Source of the DNA: an uncultured Clostridia bacterium
Lineage (GTDB): Bacteria; Bacillota; Clostridia; Christensenellales; Borkfalkiaceae
Assembly (NCBI GenBank): GCA_944367045.1
Contig: CALVWI010000010.1
Location: 5,927 to 69,926 of the forward strand
Length of the DNA: 64,000 nucleotides
Direction: 5' to 3'
Part shown: positions 27,770 to 37,574 of the stretch, piece after piece
How the letters are laid out: every line of letters starts with the position of its first letter
How positions within the stretch are numbered: the stretch's first letter is position 1
The notes under the pieces: generated by a model
What the model was told of the DNA's origin: nothing
Database searches by the model: none
The model's input: the letters and a program-made list of their open reading frames with translations, nothing else
Program-made: the position numbers and the translations under genes

Positions 27770-29458
27770 TTACGGTTTGACCTTCTGTAAGATCTCCGAG
27801 ACGGAGGCGGCAAGGGAGTCGAGCGTGCCCTCTCCGAAGGGGTCGCTCAGGCCTGCGCGTTTCACGAGGTCGCGGAAGGGAATGGTGCCGCCCGCGGCGA
27901 CGAACTCCTTATAGCGGCGAAGGGCCTCGTCGTGGTCCTTGTCCGAGAGCACGAGGAACCCGAATGCGACCGTCTGTGCGAGGCAGTAGTCGATGTAGTA
28001 GAACGGGCTCTCGTAGATGTGCATCTGATACTGCCAGCGGGTGCCCTCCTCGAGATAGGGAATGCCCTCGAAGGTGAGGTAAGGGCGGTACGTCCTTTCG
28101 AGTTCGAGGTATGCCTTGTCGCGCTCCGCGGGCGTCCAGTCGGGGTTCTCGTAGACGAGGTGCTGGAATTCATCGACGATGCAGCCGTATGGAATGAAGG
28201 AGAGCGCGTCCGCGAGGTGTTTGAAGCGGTAGCCGCCCGCCCTATCGCCGAAGAAGCGGTCCATATACGGCCAGCAGAGGAACTCCATGCTCATCGAGTG
28301 GCACTCCGCCGTCTCCATGCCGCACGCATCGTCGAAATCGATGCCGTTTTTGTCGGAGGTGTATGCCGCGAACGAGTGGCCGAATTCGTGCGTGAGAACG
28401 TCCACATCCGCCGTGGTGCCGTTGAAGTTGGCAAAGATGAAGGGCTGATGACAGGTGCCGATGAAGGTGCAGTAGCCCCCGCCCGCCTTGTTCTTGCGGC
28501 TTGCGACATCGAGCGCGCCCGCCTCCACCATGCTGTCGAAGAAGGCGCCGATCTCAGCGTCCATCTCGTGATACATCCCGCTCGCAGCCTTGAATGCCTC
28601 GGGAATGGTGAGCGTGAAGGGAGGGTTGCCCTCCTTGGTGTAGACGTCGTTGTCCGAGAAACGGAACACATCCAGCCCCATCTCTTCCTTGATGTTCTCC
28701 TTGAGCGCGTTGACGACGGGAACGAGCGCCTCCTTCACGTTGGCGCGGAAGGCTTCCACCATCTCGCGGTCATAGCCCGTCCTGCCCATGCGGTAGTAGC
28801 CGAGCTCGACATAATTCTTGTAGCCCATCTTCTTGGCCATGCGGTCGCGGAGGTGCACGAGGCGGTCGTAGATGTCGTCGAGCTTCTCGCGGTTCTTCTG
28901 AAGGCCGAGGCCGATGGCGTCCGCTGCCTGTTTTCTGACGGCGGGGTCGGGGTCCTCCAATCTTCCGCGCAGGACGGTGAGCGGGATACGCTCGCCATGC
29001 CATTCGAAGAGCATGCCCGCCATGAGCTGGGAGTACTCCGTCTGCAGCGCGTTCTCCTGCTGTTCTTCTTCGACGATGTCCTCGGAGTGTGCCTTAATGG
29101 CGCACTCATACCCCTTGAAGATGACGCTTCCGAGCTTATCCTCGAGCTCCTTCCGGAAGGGGCTGTCGAGCATCACGCGGTAGTACTTCGTGAGGTCGTT
29201 CTGAAGGATGGGATAGACTTCGTCGTAGTAGTCCATCTCGCCCTTGTAGAAGGGATCGGCGGTGTTCTGCGTGAAGCGGATGTTCGCAATGGTCGACGCA
29301 GAATTGAACTTGTTGCGCTCGTCGTTGATGCGCTTGCGGGCGGCGATGAGTTCGTCCGCAGTCTTGGCCTGTTCGGCTTCGGCGAAGAAGTCCTTGAACG
29401 CTTTTTGCATCTCCTCCAGCGTCACACGGCTGTAGGGAAGGTCGTTTACTTTCGTCAT
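27770..29458 (-). CDS. M3-family oligoendopeptidase (PepF-like)
   Basis: 562 aa from ATG 29458 (GGAGGAAATC upstream). HEFGH zinc motif. Has its own promoter (next feature). Confidence 0.85.
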   Translation of the reverse strand: MTKVNDLPYSRVTLEEMQKAFKDFFAEAEQAKTADELIAARKRINDERNKFNSASTIANIRFTQNTADPFYKGEMDYYDEVYPILQNDLTKYYRVMLDSPFRKELEDKLGSVIFKGYECAIKAHSEDIVEEEQQENALQTEYSQLMAGMLFEWHGERIPLTVLRGRLEDPDPAVRKQAADAIGLGLQKNREKLDDIYDRLVHLRDRMAKKMGYKNYVELGYYRMGRTGYDREMVEAFRANVKEALVPVVNALKENIKEEMGLDVFRFSDNDVYTKEGNPPFTLTIPEAFKAASGMYHEMDAEIGAFFDSMVEAGALDVASRKNKAGGGYCTFIGTCHQPFIFANFNGTTADVDVLTHEFGHSFAAYTSDKNGIDFDDACGMETAECHSMSMEFLCWPYMDRFFGDRAGGYRFKHLADALSFIPYGCIVDEFQHLVYENPDWTPAERDKAYLELERTYRPYLTFEGIPYLEEGTRWQYQMHIYESPFYYIDYCLAQTVAFGFLVLSDKDHDEALRRYKEFVAAGGTIPFRDLVKRAGLSDPFGEGTLDSLAASVSEILQKVKP

Positions 29459-30292
29459 GATTTCCTCCAAACGGTGCTTTCTCTCTATTTTACTCCCCTT
29501 TCCGCGATTTGTCAATCCCCCATTTTTTGCAATGACGATGCCCGCCGCAAGGCATATCATGCACCAATAGAGAAATAGAAAGAACACGACGACGAGCGAA
29601 AGCGCGCCGTAGAGCTTCTCCTTGCTTCCGAGGCGGGCGTAGACGACAAAGACGATGCTCGCTCCCAGCCACAGGAGCGCAATGAGGAGGCTCCCCTCCC
29701 TCGCCGCCCGTTTTGGGAGTCTTTGCGGGGAGATATAGAAGATGAAGAGCCGCGCCGTAAGATAGCCGAGGACGAGAAAGAGCGCTCCCATGAGGACGCT
29801 GCGCCAAGCGGACGGGAGCGGCTGCATCGCCCGCTGCAAAAGGACGAGCGCCCCCGCCGCGGCGGCAAGGACGAGCACGGCGATGAGCGTCACGAGAACG
29901 GCCGAAAGGCGCGCCCTCAGCCCCCTATGCGTTGAGATGCCTGAGAGCAGTTCGCCGCTCCTTCTCAGGTGATAGAAGAACGCGGAGGCAGACCACAAGG
30001 TCGTCACGAGGAGCACGATGCCCGCGCCCGAGGCGGCCTCCCCCGCGTGCTCGCTCACATAAGAGAGAAGCTCCTCCGCCCAAGCAAAGAGTTCGAAGGT
30101 GAGGTCCTCTGCCGTGATGCCCGTCCGCCCGAGGAGCAGCGTCAGCCAAAAGAAGAGCGGCACCACCGAGAGGACGAGAAAGAAGGTGAGCGCGCCTGCG
30201 ATCGTCGTCACGCGATGACGCGTAAGAAGCGCGGAGAGCGCGCGGACACGGGCATATCCCCGTTTGATGAGGCCTTTGAATTTGGTCGCCAT
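29459..30292 (-). CDS. YihY/BrkB-family polytopic membrane protein module with no stop codon of its own (reads in frame into the peptidase)
   Basis: aa 1-278 of ORF 27770..30292. IAGALTFFLVLSVVPLFFWL and ~6 hydrophobic segments typical of YihY. Confidence 0.7.
29487..29515 (-). promoter_or_regulatory. consensus sigma-A promoter internal to the 840-codon ORF, serving the peptidase
   Basis: Minus strand TTGACA-N17-TAAAAT, then a 23-nt leader with GGAGG and ATG 29458. Confidence 0.6.
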
Positions 30293-30307
30293 GCCTCTAT
30301 TGTGTGC

Positions 30308-30336
30308 AAAAAAAGCTCCCCGCCGAAGCGGAGAGC
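30308..30336 (-). terminator. intrinsic terminator after the ABC exporter operon
   Basis: Minus strand GCTCTCCGC-ttcg-GCGGGGAGC (one G.U pair) followed by TTTTTTT. Confidence 0.7.
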
Positions 30337-30342
30337 GATTTT

Positions 30343-32355
30343 TTATTCGAGTTCGAACGCGCCCGTGTAGAGCTGGTAGTAGGTACCCTTCTGCTCGATG
30401 AGCTGTTCGTGCGTGCCGCGCTCGATGATGCGGCCGTGGTCGAGCACCATGATGACGTTGGAGTTCTTGACCGTGGACAGGCGGTGGGCGATGACGAACA
30501 CCGTTCTGCCCTCCATCAGCTTATCCATACCGCGCTGGACGATGGCCTCGGTGCGGGTATCGATGGAGCTCGTCGCCTCGTCGAGGATCATGACGGGCGG
30601 GTCTGCAACGGCTGCACGCGCGATGGAGAGGAGCTGCCTCTGCCCCTGCGAGAGATTGGTGCCGTTGTGGGTGAGCATGGTGTCGTACCCTTCGGGCAGG
30701 CGGGAGATAAAGTCGTCCGCACCAGCAAGGTGGGCTGCCGCCATGCATTCCTCGTCGGTCGCGTCCAGTCTGCCGTAGCGGATGTTGTCCATGACCGTTC
30801 CCGTGAAGAGGTTTGTATCCTGCAGGACCATGCCGAGCGAGCGGCGGAGCTCGGACTTCTTGATCTTGTTGATGTTGATGCCGTCGTAACGGATCTTGCC
30901 GTCTGCAATGTCGTAGAAGCGGTTGATGAGGTTGGTGATCGTCGTCTTGCCGGCACCCGTCGCGCCAACGAAGGCGACCTTCTGGCCGGGGCGGGCGTAC
31001 AGCGTGATGTTGTGAAGGACGATCTTATCGGGCGTGTAACCGAAGTCGACGTCGTACATTCTCACGTCGCCTTCGAGCTTGGTATAGGTGAGCGTCCCGT
31101 CGTGGTGAGGGTGCTTCCAAGCCCACATGCCCGTGCGCTCCTCGCACTCGGTGATGTTGCCGTTCTCGTCCTCCTTCGCGTTGACGAGGGTGACGTACCC
31201 GTCGTCCGCTTCCGGAGGTTCGTCGATGAGCTGCGTGATGCGCTTGGCGCCCGCAAGGCCCATGACGACCGAGTTGACCTGCTGGGAGACCTGGCCGACG
31301 TTGTTACTGAACTGGCGGGTCATCTGCAGGAAGGCGACGACGACTGCGACCGAGAAGGGAGCGATCTCGATGATGTTCGTGACGGAACCGCCCGAGATCT
31401 CAAGGATGCCGAGGTTGTTGACGCCCGTGATCATGAAGAACGCGCCGCAAAGCGCCACGATGACGTACATGATTTGGCCGACGTTCATGATGATGGGCAT
31501 GAGCATATTGGCATAGCGGTTCGCGCGGTCTGCCTGCTCGAAGAGGTGATCGTTGACTTTATCGAAGTCGCGCTTTGCCTCTTCCTCGTGACAGAACACC
31601 TTGACGACCTTCTGCCCGTTCATCATCTCCTCGATGAAGCCCTCCGTCTTACCGATGGCGCGCTGCTGTTCGAGGAAGTACCTGCCCGAACCGCCGCCGA
31701 TGATCTTGGTGATGAAGAACATCGCGACGATGCCGACTACGACGATGAGAGTCAGGTACAGGCTGTAGTAGACCATCATCACAAAGAGCGTGAGCACCAT
31801 GACACCCGAGCGCAGGATCTGCGGCAAGCTGACCGCGATCATCTGGCGGAGCGAGTCGATATCGTTGGTGTAATAACTCATGATATCGCCGTGGTTGTGC
31901 GTATCGAAGTAGCGGATGGGAAGGTCCTGCATCCCGTCGAACATCTGCTCGCGCATCTTGGCGAGGAAGCCCTGCGTGATGATGGCAAGCAGCTGCGCAT
32001 GGATGGCGCCGAAGATGAGCGACACCACATACATGCTGATGAGCGTGAGCATATTGACGAGGATCTCATGTCCGATGCCCGTGGCCCAGCCTGCCCACCC
32101 GGCGCCTTCAACTCCTGCAGCGATAGCAGCCTGTTCCGCATCGATGGCGGCATAGATGTTCTCCATGAAGATGGCGGGCAGCGAGCTGACGATAGCGTTG
32201 ATGACGAGGAATACGATGGTGATCGTCATCATGCCGGGGTAGTAATGGAAGAGCGACTTCATCACGTGGGAGAAGGTGCCCTTCTGCTTTTTGGGTTTTA
32301 CCTGAGGTGCTTCCGGAGAAGCGGGGCGCACTTTTGCGTGAAGTTTAGTTTTCAT
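30343..32355 (-). CDS. ABC exporter, fused permease/ATPase subunit (heterodimer partner B)
   Basis: 670 aa. N-terminal 6-TM domain. GATGAGKTT Walker A, LSQGQRQ signature, ILDEATS Walker B. Confidence 0.88.
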   Translation of the reverse strand: MKTKLHAKVRPASPEAPQVKPKKQKGTFSHVMKSLFHYYPGMMTITIVFLVINAIVSSLPAIFMENIYAAIDAEQAAIAAGVEGAGWAGWATGIGHEILVNMLTLISMYVVSLIFGAIHAQLLAIITQGFLAKMREQMFDGMQDLPIRYFDTHNHGDIMSYYTNDIDSLRQMIAVSLPQILRSGVMVLTLFVMMVYYSLYLTLIVVVGIVAMFFITKIIGGGSGRYFLEQQRAIGKTEGFIEEMMNGQKVVKVFCHEEEAKRDFDKVNDHLFEQADRANRYANMLMPIIMNVGQIMYVIVALCGAFFMITGVNNLGILEISGGSVTNIIEIAPFSVAVVVAFLQMTRQFSNNVGQVSQQVNSVVMGLAGAKRITQLIDEPPEADDGYVTLVNAKEDENGNITECEERTGMWAWKHPHHDGTLTYTKLEGDVRMYDVDFGYTPDKIVLHNITLYARPGQKVAFVGATGAGKTTITNLINRFYDIADGKIRYDGININKIKKSELRRSLGMVLQDTNLFTGTVMDNIRYGRLDATDEECMAAAHLAGADDFISRLPEGYDTMLTHNGTNLSQGQRQLLSIARAAVADPPVMILDEATSSIDTRTEAIVQRGMDKLMEGRTVFVIAHRLSTVKNSNVIMVLDHGRIIERGTHEQLIEQKGTYYQLYTGAFELE

Positions 32356-34093
32356 CGCTGCCTGCCCCCTTTACCTGAGAGTGATAGACTTCTGCATAGA
32401 TGGGATTGGTCTTGATGAGGTCTTCGTGCTTGCCGATGGCGTTGATCTTGCCGCCGTCCATGACGATGATGCGGTCTGCGTCCTCCACCGAGGAGATACG
32501 CTGCGCAATGATGATCTTGGTCGTCGTGGGGATGTAGTCGCGGAAGGCCTTGCGGATGAGCGCGTCGGTGTGGGTATCGACGGCGCTCGTCGAGTCATCG
32601 AGGACGAGGATCTTGGGCTTCTTCAGAAGGGCGCGCGCAATGCAGAGACGCTGCTTCTGGCCGCCCGAGACGTTGGTACCGCCCTGCTCGATGTAGGTGT
32701 CGTACCCCTTCGGGAAGCCGCGGACGAATTCATCCGCCTGTGCGAGTTTGCAGGCTTCGACGAGCTCTTCGTCCGTCGCGTCGGGATTGCCCCAACGGAG
32801 GTTTTCCTTGATGGTGCCCGAAAAGAGGACGTTCTTCTGAAGCACGACGGCGACCTGGTTTCTCAGCGCCTTGAGATCATACTGTCTTACATCGACGCCG
32901 CCCACCTTGACGCTCCCCTCCGTCACGTCATAGAGACGGGAGAGAAGGTTGACGAGCGAGGTCTTGGAGGAACCCGTGCCGCCGATGATGCCGATGGTCT
33001 CGCCCGACTTGATGTGAAGATCGATGTCGCTCAGGACGTACTTCTCGGCCGTCGGGGAATACTTGAAGTTGACGTGATCGAAGTCGATGGAACCGTCCTT
33101 GACCTCGAACACGGGGTTTTCGGGATCGTGCAGGGTACTCTTTTCTTGAAGGATCTCGACGATACGGCGCGCGGACTCCATGGACATGGCGATCATGGCG
33201 AACACCATCGAGAACATCATGACGGAGGAGAGGATCTGCATTCCGTACACAATGAGCTGGGAGACCTTCGCGACGTTGTAGGCGGGCTCGCCCACCGTCA
33301 TGATGAGGTAGGAGCCGACGAACAGCACCGACGAGAGCACGCCGTAGAAGGCGAACTGCATGATGGGGTCGTTCCACGCGAGCAGGCGCTCCGCCTTGGT
33401 GAAGTCCTTCATGAGGGCGGTGGACGTCTTTGCGAACTTCTTCTTTTCGTACTCCTCTCTCACATACGCCTTGACGACGCGGATGCCGCCGACGTTCTCC
33501 TGAACGGATTCGTTCATGTCGTCGTACTTGTGGAAGAGACGGCGGAAGGTGGGCATGACCTTATACATGATGGCAAACAGCGCGATAGCTACGAGGGGCA
33601 CCACCGCGAGGAAGATCCACGCGAGGTCGCCGCCCATCACGAACGCCATGATGAAGGAGAAGATGACCATGAGGGGCGCACGGATCGCGAGACGCACGAT
33701 CATCATGTAGGACATCTGGACGTTGGTGACGTCCGTCGTCATACGCGTGACGAGCGAAGGCGTGGAGAACTTGTCGATGTTCTCGAAGGAGAAGTCCTGA
33801 ATGTGATAATAGAGGTCTTTCCTGAGGTTCTTGGCAAAGCCTGTCGAGGCTCTCGCACAGAACGCGCCCGCGAGCGTACCCGCGACGAGCGACGCAACGG
33901 CGATGGCGACGAGGATGCCGGCGTACTTCCAGATCTCCGCCATCTCGGGATCGCCGCTTTCGATAACTTCGACGAGCATCGAGATGACAAAGGGCATCAG
34001 GCATTCGAGAATGACCTCAATGGTGACGAAGAGCGGCGATAGAATGGAAGCCGTCTTGTACTCCCGAATGCTTTTTGCAAGTGTCTTTAACAA
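32345..34093 (-). CDS. ABC exporter, fused permease/ATPase subunit (heterodimer partner A)
   Basis: GGTGSSKTS Walker A, VSGGQKQR, VLDDSTS. Start set to TTG 34093 after GGAGGA-N6. 11-nt overlap with its partner. Confidence 0.85.
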   Translation of the reverse strand: MLKTLAKSIREYKTASILSPLFVTIEVILECLMPFVISMLVEVIESGDPEMAEIWKYAGILVAIAVASLVAGTLAGAFCARASTGFAKNLRKDLYYHIQDFSFENIDKFSTPSLVTRMTTDVTNVQMSYMMIVRLAIRAPLMVIFSFIMAFVMGGDLAWIFLAVVPLVAIALFAIMYKVMPTFRRLFHKYDDMNESVQENVGGIRVVKAYVREEYEKKKFAKTSTALMKDFTKAERLLAWNDPIMQFAFYGVLSSVLFVGSYLIMTVGEPAYNVAKVSQLIVYGMQILSSVMMFSMVFAMIAMSMESARRIVEILQEKSTLHDPENPVFEVKDGSIDFDHVNFKYSPTAEKYVLSDIDLHIKSGETIGIIGGTGSSKTSLVNLLSRLYDVTEGSVKVGGVDVRQYDLKALRNQVAVVLQKNVLFSGTIKENLRWGNPDATDEELVEACKLAQADEFVRGFPKGYDTYIEQGGTNVSGGQKQRLCIARALLKKPKILVLDDSTSAVDTHTDALIRKAFRDYIPTTTKIIIAQRISSVEDADRIIVMDGGKINAIGKHEDLIKTNPIYAEVYHSQVKGAGSDEN

Positions 34094-34145
34094 AAGATGT
34101 CCTCCTTTCCGCAAGCCTTCGCCTGCAGATCGTAAGAAAAAAGTT

Positions 34146-34199
34146 TTACCCTGTTATCAGATAATAAAATGCGTAAATCCCTGGCCGAAATTTACGCAT
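34146..34199 (-). promoter_or_regulatory. 5'-leader hairpin plus U-tract with overlapping 17-codon uORF (attenuator candidate)
   Basis: Minus strand AUGCGUAAAU-N11-AUUUACGCAU then UUUAUUAU. The ATG of the arm opens MRKFRPGIYAFYYLITG*. Confidence 0.4.
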
Positions 34200-34215
34200 C
34201 TTATCTACATTGCTT

Positions 34216-34244
34216 ATCCTACCACGCATATAAAATAATGTCAA
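34216..34244 (-). promoter_or_regulatory. sigma-A type promoter for the ABC exporter operon
   Basis: Minus strand TTGACA-N17-TAGGAT, ~115-nt leader. Confidence 0.55.
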
Positions 34245-34338
34245 GCGTGCGTGAAAGAAAAGTTGGAAATCTTCACATACTTTTCACTTTGCGGGAAATG
34301 CCCCCTTTCGGGGAACGGTCCGTTCGCGCCGAAAAAGC

Positions 34339-34944
34339 TCAGCTGTGCCGCATTTTGAGTTCGGTGCAAACGTCCTTGAGAGTCACCTCTTTTTCGCGGA
34401 GAAGGACGAGAAGGTGATAGAGAAGGTCTGCCGTCTCGCCGACGAGCTCCTCTTTATTGTCGTTCTTGGACGCGATGACGGTCTCCACCGCCTCCTCCCC
34501 CAGCTTCTTGGCGATCTTGTCGATGCCCTTCTCGAAGAGATAGGAAGTGTACGAGCCCTCCTCGGGGTGCACCTTTCTGTCGTCGACGACGCGCTCGAGT
34601 TCGGAGAGGAACCTTACGCCTGCGCCCTCCTCCTCTTTTTCGACGTTGAAGAAGCAGGAGCGGCTCCCCGTGTGGCACGCCGCGCCCGTCTGCTCGATGG
34701 AGAGGAGCACGCAGTCCTTGTCGCAGTCGAAGGTCAGCCCCAAGACCTTTTGGACGTGCCCGCTCGTCTCCCCTTTCTTCCAGAGGCACTGCCGCGAACG
34801 GCTCCAGTAGTGCGCGTAGCCCGTCTCGAGGGTCTTTTTGAGTGCCTCCTCGTTCATGTATGCCTGCATGAGCACGTCGCCGCTCGCGCTGTCCTGCGCG
34901 ATGGCGCAGATGAGCCCGCGTTCGTCAAATTTCACGCCTTCCAT
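34339..34944 (-). CDS. hisI: bifunctional phosphoribosyl-AMP cyclohydrolase / phosphoribosyl-ATP pyrophosphatase
   Basis: 201 aa. LICAIAQD...[12 protein letters not shown]...[18 protein letters not shown], then a HisE-like tail. Confidence 0.92.
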   Translation of the reverse strand: MEGVKFDERGLICAIAQDSASGDVLMQAYMNEEALKKTLETGYAHYWSRSRQCLWKKGETSGHVQKVLGLTFDCDKDCVLLSIEQTGAACHTGSRSCFFNVEKEEEGAGVRFLSELERVVDDRKVHPEEGSYTSYLFEKGIDKIAKKLGEEAVETVIASKNDNKEELVGETADLLYHLLVLLREKEVTLKDVCTELKMRHS

Positions 34945-35709
34945 TTAACCCTCCATGCGGACGGCGACGCCCCGTTCCGCGAGATAATTTTTGAGATCTC
35001 TCATGTTGATGATGCCGAAGTGAAAGAGGGAGGCCGCGAGCGCCGCATCCGCCTTGCCCTCCGTGAGGACATCGTAGAAGTGGCTCATCTTGCCCGCCCC
35101 GCCCGAGGCGATGATAGGAATGTTGACGGCCTCCGCCGCGGCGCGCGTGAGCTCGAGGTCGTAGCCCTCCTTGGTGCCGTCCCTGTCCATGCTCGTGAGC
35201 AGCACTTCGCCCGCGCCGAGCTGTTCGGCCTTGACGATCCAGTCGATGGCGTCGAGCTCCGTCTTGACCCTGCCGCCGTTGAGGTAGACGTCCCACCTCC
35301 CCTCGTCGTTGCGCTTGGCGTCCACGGCGAGGACGACGCACTGCCGCCCGAACTTCATCGCCGCGTCCGTAATGAGCGTGGGATCCTTGATGGCCGCCGA
35401 GTTGACGGCGATCTTATCCGCCCCGCACGAGAGCATGCGGCGGAAGTCCTCCGTCGTGCGGATGCCGCCCCCCACCGTGAGGGGCAGGAACACCTGCTCC
35501 GAGGCCCTCGAGATGATCTCCCACATGGGCGTGTTTCCGCGATAGCTCGCCGTGATATCGAGAAAGACGATCTCGTCCGCGCCGAACGCGTTGTAGAGCT
35601 TCGCCGTCTCCACGGGGTCGCCCGCGTCGACGAGATGGATAAAGTTGACTCCCTTGACCACCCTGCCGTCTTTCAGGTCGAGGCAGGGAATGAGACGTTT
35701 GCTTAACAT
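34945..35709 (-). CDS. hisF: imidazole glycerol phosphate synthase, cyclase subunit
   Basis: 254 aa. [17 protein letters not shown]..., GGGIRT, ASGGAG. Confidence 0.95.
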   Translation of the reverse strand: MLSKRLIPCLDLKDGRVVKGVNFIHLVDAGDPVETAKLYNAFGADEIVFLDITASYRGNTPMWEIISRASEQVFLPLTVGGGIRTTEDFRRMLSCGADKIAVNSAAIKDPTLITDAAMKFGRQCVVLAVDAKRNDEGRWDVYLNGGRVKTELDAIDWIVKAEQLGAGEVLLTSMDRDGTKEGYDLELTRAAAEAVNIPIIASGGAGKMSHFYDVLTEGKADAALAASLFHFGIINMRDLKNYLAERGVAVRMEG

Positions 35710-36410
35710 TCGAACTCCTCAATGGCTTTTTTCAAGTCGATCGTCCCTTCATAGATGGAGCGTCCCAGGATCGCCCCGTAGACGTTGTGTTGTTTGAGCG
35801 CCTCCAAGTCGTCCATGCTGCGGACGCCGCCCGACGCAATGACGTTGAGGCCGGTCTCCGCCATCTTGACGGTCGCCTCCACATTGACGCCCGTGAGCGC
35901 GCCGTCCCGCCCCACATCGGTAAAGACGGCATCCGAAAGGCCGAGCGCCTTTGCCCTCTTCCCGAAGGAAAAGGCATCCTCTTCGGCCGTCACCGTCCAG
36001 CCGCGCACGGTGAGTTTCCCCTCCCGCGCGTCGATGCCCGCGACGATCTTCCCGCCGAAGAGCGAGGCGGCTTCCTCGAGGACTTCGGGCTGTTCCACGC
36101 ACACCGTGCCGAGGACGACTCTGTCCGCTCCCGCCGAGAAGCGATTCTTGACGGTAGCGACGGAACGGATGCCCCCGCCCGTCTGCACGGGCACGTCGAG
36201 AGAGGCGATCTTCTCCAAGATACGGGGGAAGTCGTTCTTCTCGTCGAAGGCGCCCGAGAGGTTGACGACGTGCAGGATATGCGCGCCCGCGTCCAGCCAC
36301 TGTTTGGCGCGGTCGACGGGGTCGCCGTAGTCGGTCACGGCGTCGCGCTTCCCGTGCAGGAGCCGCACGGCGCGGCCCCCTAAGATGTCGATGGCAGGAT
36401 AGAGCTTCAT
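35703..36410 (-). CDS. hisA: ProFAR isomerase
   Basis: 235 aa. [15 protein letters not shown]... HisA pattern. Confidence 0.92.
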   Translation of the reverse strand: MKLYPAIDILGGRAVRLLHGKRDAVTDYGDPVDRAKQWLDAGAHILHVVNLSGAFDEKNDFPRILEKIASLDVPVQTGGGIRSVATVKNRFSAGADRVVLGTVCVEQPEVLEEAASLFGGKIVAGIDAREGKLTVRGWTVTAEEDAFSFGKRAKALGLSDAVFTDVGRDGALTGVNVEATVKMAETGLNVIASGGVRSMDDLEALKQHNVYGAILGRSIYEGTIDLKKAIEEFEC

Positions 36411-36411
36411 T

Positions 36412-36999
36412 TCATAACCTCATGAAGTTGCGCATGAGCTGCAGACCCACGTCCCCGCTCTTCTCGGGGTGGAACTGCACGCCGTACACATCCCCCCTGC
36501 CGATGGCCGAGGCGTAAGTGCGATAATAGTCCGTCTTGCCGATGGTGTATTCGTCCGTCGTGTCGGCATAGTAGCTGTGCACAAAGTAGAACTGCGCCCC
36601 CTCGCGGATGCCCTGAAAGAGGGGCGACTTCTGCTCCACGACGTTGTTCCAGCCCATCTGCGGCACCTTGCCCTCGGTGAAGCGCACGGCGCGGCCGGGA
36701 ATGAGCCCGAGGCCCTTGTGAAGGCCCTCCTCTTCGCTCTCGTCGAGCAAAAACTGCATGCCGAGGCAGATGCCGAGGATGGGAAGCTCCCCCACGCGCG
36801 ACTTGACGTAGTCCGCAAGCCCCGTCCTTTCGAGGATCTCCATGCCCGCCGCAAAGCTGCCGACGCCCGGAAGGATGAGCCTCCCGCACTTATTAAGCTC
36901 TGCTTGATCGGCGGTGATGACGGCCTTGCCGCCCAAGAATTCCACGGCCTTCTGCACGGAGCGAAGATTCCCCATGCCGTAGTCGATGATGCCGATCAT
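36412..36999 (-). CDS. hisH: imidazole glycerol phosphate synthase, glutaminase subunit
   Basis: 195 aa. IGIIDYGMGNLRSV, GICLGMQ, FHPEKS. Confidence 0.95.
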   Translation of the reverse strand: MIGIIDYGMGNLRSVQKAVEFLGGKAVITADQAELNKCGRLILPGVGSFAAGMEILERTGLADYVKSRVGELPILGICLGMQFLLDESEEEGLHKGLGLIPGRAVRFTEGKVPQMGWNNVVEQKSPLFQGIREGAQFYFVHSYYADTTDEYTIGKTDYYRTYASAIGRGDVYGVQFHPEKSGDVGLQLMRNFMRL

Positions 37000-37574
37000 T
37001 CGAGCACCCCTTTGCTGGAGGGAATTCGGTCGGAGACGATCGCGACGGCGTCCTTGATACAGAGTGCAAGCGCCTTAAAGACGGCCTCCGCCTCGTGGTG
37101 CTTATTGCCGCGGCGCAGGAGCTTGACATAGAGGTTGAGCCCTGCGTGGCAGGAAAAGGCGCGGAGGAACTCCTCGATGAGCTCCAAATCGAACACGCCC
37201 ACCTTGCCGTCCATCTTATCCTCAAAGGCGAGGTACGCCCTTCCGCTCAGATCGAGTGCGACGAGCGCCGCCGTCTCGTCCATGGGAACGACGCGGTCGG
37301 CAAATCTTGCGATGCCTCGCTTGTCGCCTAGGGCCTCCTTGAAGGCATCGCCGAGGGCAATACCGACGTCCTCCACCGTGTGGTGGAAGTCGACGTAGGT
37401 ATCCCCTTTGCAGGTGAGGGAAAGGTCGATGCCCGAATGGACGGTGAGAAGTTCGAGCATGTGGTCGAAGAACCCGACGCCGCTGGAAATTTCCGCAACG
37501 CCTGTGCCGTTGACGTTAAGCGTCAGAGCGATCTCTGTCTCCTTCGTCTTTCTATCGATGTGTGCCGTTCTCAT
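36996..37574 (-). CDS. hisB: imidazoleglycerol-phosphate dehydratase
   Basis: 192 aa. RKTKETEI..., DFHHTVEDVGIALG, HHEAEAVFKA. Confidence 0.95.
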   Translation of the reverse strand: MRTAHIDRKTKETEIALTLNVNGTGVAEISSGVGFFDHMLELLTVHSGIDLSLTCKGDTYVDFHHTVEDVGIALGDAFKEALGDKRGIARFADRVVPMDETAALVALDLSGRAYLAFEDKMDGKVGVFDLELIEEFLRAFSCHAGLNLYVKLLRRGNKHHEAEAVFKALALCIKDAVAIVSDRIPSSKGVLE

